Positions 55,627 to 57,259 of a stretch of DNA of 57,259 bases are shown here, piece by piece. The DNA comes from a virus. Taxonomy: Duplodnaviria > Caudoviricetes. Position numbers and translations under genes: made by a program. Below the pieces are notes generated by a model that was not told the origin of the DNA, did not search any database, and saw only the letters and a program-made list of their open reading frames with translations. Positions within the stretch are counted from its first letter, which is position 1. Each line of letters begins with the position of its first letter. The stretch spans positions 1 to 57,259 of IMG/VR virus record IMGVR_UViG_3300022074_000044; one strand, given 5' to 3'.

Positions 55627-55782
55627 CTAATTCTTAACAACTTTTATTTCTTGAGTACGGAGATCATCACTAGGATAATGGCGAAAGTATTCGGTTATGT
55701 ATTCTAGTTTATGTTTAATGTCAGTATCGGGAACTTTCTCCATAATTAAGTTCTCGCCAATGTAGACGTTATAGGTACTCAT
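55627..55782 (-). CDS. Small hypothetical protein (51 aa; below cutoff)
   Basis: MSTYNVYIGENLIMEKVPDTDIKHKLEYITEYFRHYPSDDLRTQEIKVVKN; overlaps the upstream gene end. Confidence 0.65.
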   Translation of the reverse strand: MSTYNVYIGENLIMEKVPDTDIKHKLEYITEYFRHYPSDDLRTQEIKVVKN

Positions 55783-55936
55783 CTTCCCATTCCGCAAGCA
55801 TATCTTCTAGATCTTTGCGAATATCAGGATGGTATAATAGATGATTATCATTTTCGAGGCGAAACTGAATTGATTCGTAGATGTATTCCAGTTCCTTGAC
55901 CTCTAGGTCTAGGTGCATTGTTTCAAGTTTTTCCAT
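55769..55936 (-). CDS. Small acidic hypothetical protein (55 aa; below cutoff)
   Basis: MEKLETMHLDLEVKELEYIYESIQFRLENDNHLLYHPDIRKDLEDMLAEWEDEYL. Confidence 0.65.
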   Translation of the reverse strand: MEKLETMHLDLEVKELEYIYESIQFRLENDNHLLYHPDIRKDLEDMLAEWEDEYL

Positions 55937-55992
55937 GTCACGCTATCTATAAAAATTAAATGTTCACTTTGAACGTTACGTTCGGATTTTTT

Positions 55993-56499
55993 TTATATTC
56001 CATCTATCTTCTTTCTGAATCTTCTGCGTCCATTGACCATCATTTCCATCTGTTGTTCACAATAACGATTATTATAATATCCCTGTTCCTCCAGCTTACG
56101 ACTCCCATTGTCCAAAACGGTAATTTTTTGAACCATGACTATCGTAAAAAGATTATCCATCTTCGGTACAACCCATAAGTCTCTTCCCATTGCATTAAGA
56201 AAAGAGTTCATTGCATCGACACTCCCTCCCATGTTGCCTGGATTCACAATCTCATAGTTCGTATGAGCTACAACAATATGAACATCACAACTGTCATCAA
56301 ACCCCTGTATGACTTCTGATACGGCATTCCAGTAATCATACGCAGAGAGATAGTCATATACCTTTTTAAACTTGAGACGTTTCTCTTCCCTAACCTTCTT
56401 TGCAAAAGGACACCGAAAGATACCACTCGGAGTTGGCTCCTGTAGGTGTTCTACCCACTTATCAATATATTCATCAAGTACATCAAGTGGGTGACTAAT
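55993..56499 (-). CDS. Hypothetical protein (168 aa, CPFA motif), probable ATT start
   Basis: The frame is open for 84 codons upstream of the tracked GTG; GAGGAG-7 nt-ATT overlaps the upstream TAG. Confidence 0.65.
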   Translation of the reverse strand: MSHPLDVLDEYIDKWVEHLQEPTPSGIFRCPFAKKVREEKRLKFKKVYDYLSAYDYWNAVSEVIQGFDDSCDVHIVVAHTNYEIVNPGNMGGSVDAMNSFLNAMGRDLWVVPKMDNLFTIVMVQKITVLDNGSRKLEEQGYYNNRYCEQQMEMMVNGRRRFRKKIDGI

Positions 56500-56695
56500 A
56501 ACTCTGCTCCTCTAACTTACACTCATCTCCCACACAAGAAGAGAACGACAAACTATCTGTATGATACGAACGATATAACTTCGCCCATATCAAATCAAAC
56601 TCTTCCTCAGTTAAGTTCTTAAACAAACACTTATCCTCGAAATAAATGTGATAAGACTTTACTCCTTTATCCGTTGTGGCACTTGAATAGTCCAT
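56495..56695 (-). CDS. Hypothetical protein (up to 66 aa; start uncertain)
   Basis: Fills the gap between coupled genes; 37-nt overlap with the upstream gene if the ATG is used. Confidence 0.6.
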   Translation of the reverse strand: MDYSSATTDKGVKSYHIYFEDKCLFKNLTEEEFDLIWAKLYRSYHTDSLSFSSCVGDECKLEEQSY

Positions 56696-56982
56696 GACCC
56701 TCCTTTTAAATCTACCATCTTGAACTTCTTCTTGTTACGCTCGATCTCCAATAACCAACTCTCATTCATTGTACTACCATACTCTATTGGATTCATACCT
56801 ACAAAATCAAGTATTGCAGTATCTACCATAAAGTATAAACTATCCCATGTCAGAGTATGCTGTAATGCACTCGCTATCTGTTCAACTTCATACTCAGATA
56901 GTTCCTGTCCAGTGACTTTTACTCGACATTCAACTAACTCAGTGAGATCAATAACAATCCTGTTATTCTTATATATCGCCAT
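56659..56982 (-). CDS. Hypothetical protein (107 aa)
   Basis: SD GAGGA before the ATG; same strand as all neighbours. Confidence 0.75.
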   Translation of the reverse strand: MAIYKNNRIVIDLTELVECRVKVTGQELSEYEVEQIASALQHTLTWDSLYFMVDTAILDFVGMNPIEYGSTMNESWLLEIERNKKKFKMVDLKGGSWTIQVPQRIKE

Positions 56983-57002
56983 AATGTCCTCTTTACAATT
57001 CC

Positions 57003-57242
57003 TTAATCAAAAGATATACCTTCTTCATCAGGAAGATCAAGTAGTTTCTCTTCAACCCAATGCTCTTTATTATCAATACCAGCTGCTTCTACATACCGCA
57101 TGATAGATCTATCCACTTGCTTGTAAATGGGATGTAAGTCAATATCCATTCTGATATCATGTGCTATCTCTGCCACTTGCTTCTCTGTTAAACAATGATC
57201 AGGATGAAGAAGATCACAACAAGGGATCCTCTTCTCAATCAA
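57003..57242 (-). CDS. Hypothetical protein (79 aa)
   Basis: Clean ORF; LTEKQVAEIAHDI...DL..IY.QVD..I resembles LSEYEVEQIASAL...TW..LY.MVD.AI in the next gene. Confidence 0.65.
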   Translation of the reverse strand: MIEKRIPCCDLLHPDHCLTEKQVAEIAHDIRMDIDLHPIYKQVDRSIMRYVEAAGIDNKEHWVEEKLLDLPDEEGISFD

Positions 57243-57259
57243 CTGATTAATGTTTATAC

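Noticed and set aside
55955-55985. Overlapping small palindromes (GTTCA-CTT-TGAAC, GAACG-TTA-CGTTC) resembling a LexA-type box
   Set aside because: Spacing does not match the GAAC-N4-GTTC consensus, the stems are 5 bp, and there is a single occurrence.
1623-57103. Plus-strand ORFs in the track (e.g. 25067-25423, 31879-32385, 56720-57103)
   Set aside because: Short antisense shadows of well-supported minus-strand genes, with no motifs or expression signals.
1-57259. tRNA, rRNA, introns, inteins, homing endonucleases, transposases
   Set aside because: None recognised; intergenic gaps are almost all under 80 nt and I saw no diagnostic motifs. A covariance or HMM scan would be needed to exclude them formally.

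Overview
A 57 kb segment of a T4-like marine cyanomyovirus (gene order and style resemble Prochlorococcus/Synechococcus myophages such as P-SSM2). All credible genes are on the minus strand. In transcription order (right to left): several small hypothetical genes and a GT2-like glycosyltransferase; the late baseplate block (gp25, gp6, a giant gp7-like protein that appears split into two ~3000-aa genes around a gp9/gp10-like gene, gp8, a VrlC/DUF4815-like protein); further virion and tail-fibre genes; three tandem Cys/Gly-rich paralogues with a tail-assembly chaperone; and a tightly coupled tailoring-enzyme cluster (three 2OG-Fe(II) oxygenases, GT9-like glycosyltransferase, carbamoyltransferase, flavin-dependent halogenase, split HldE, SAM methyltransferase). 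T4-type late promoters and intrinsic terminators punctuate the block. The strongest unexplained signals are: (1) a ~1250-codon +1 reading frame with a single stop nested inside a 1546-aa virion gene; (2) the Cys-rich trio plus enzyme cluster, a candidate virion-protein modification system; (3) recursively nested domains in the giant structural proteins; (4) the split gp7; (5) a probable ATT start codon. All family assignments come from motif recognition by eye; no database searches were run.
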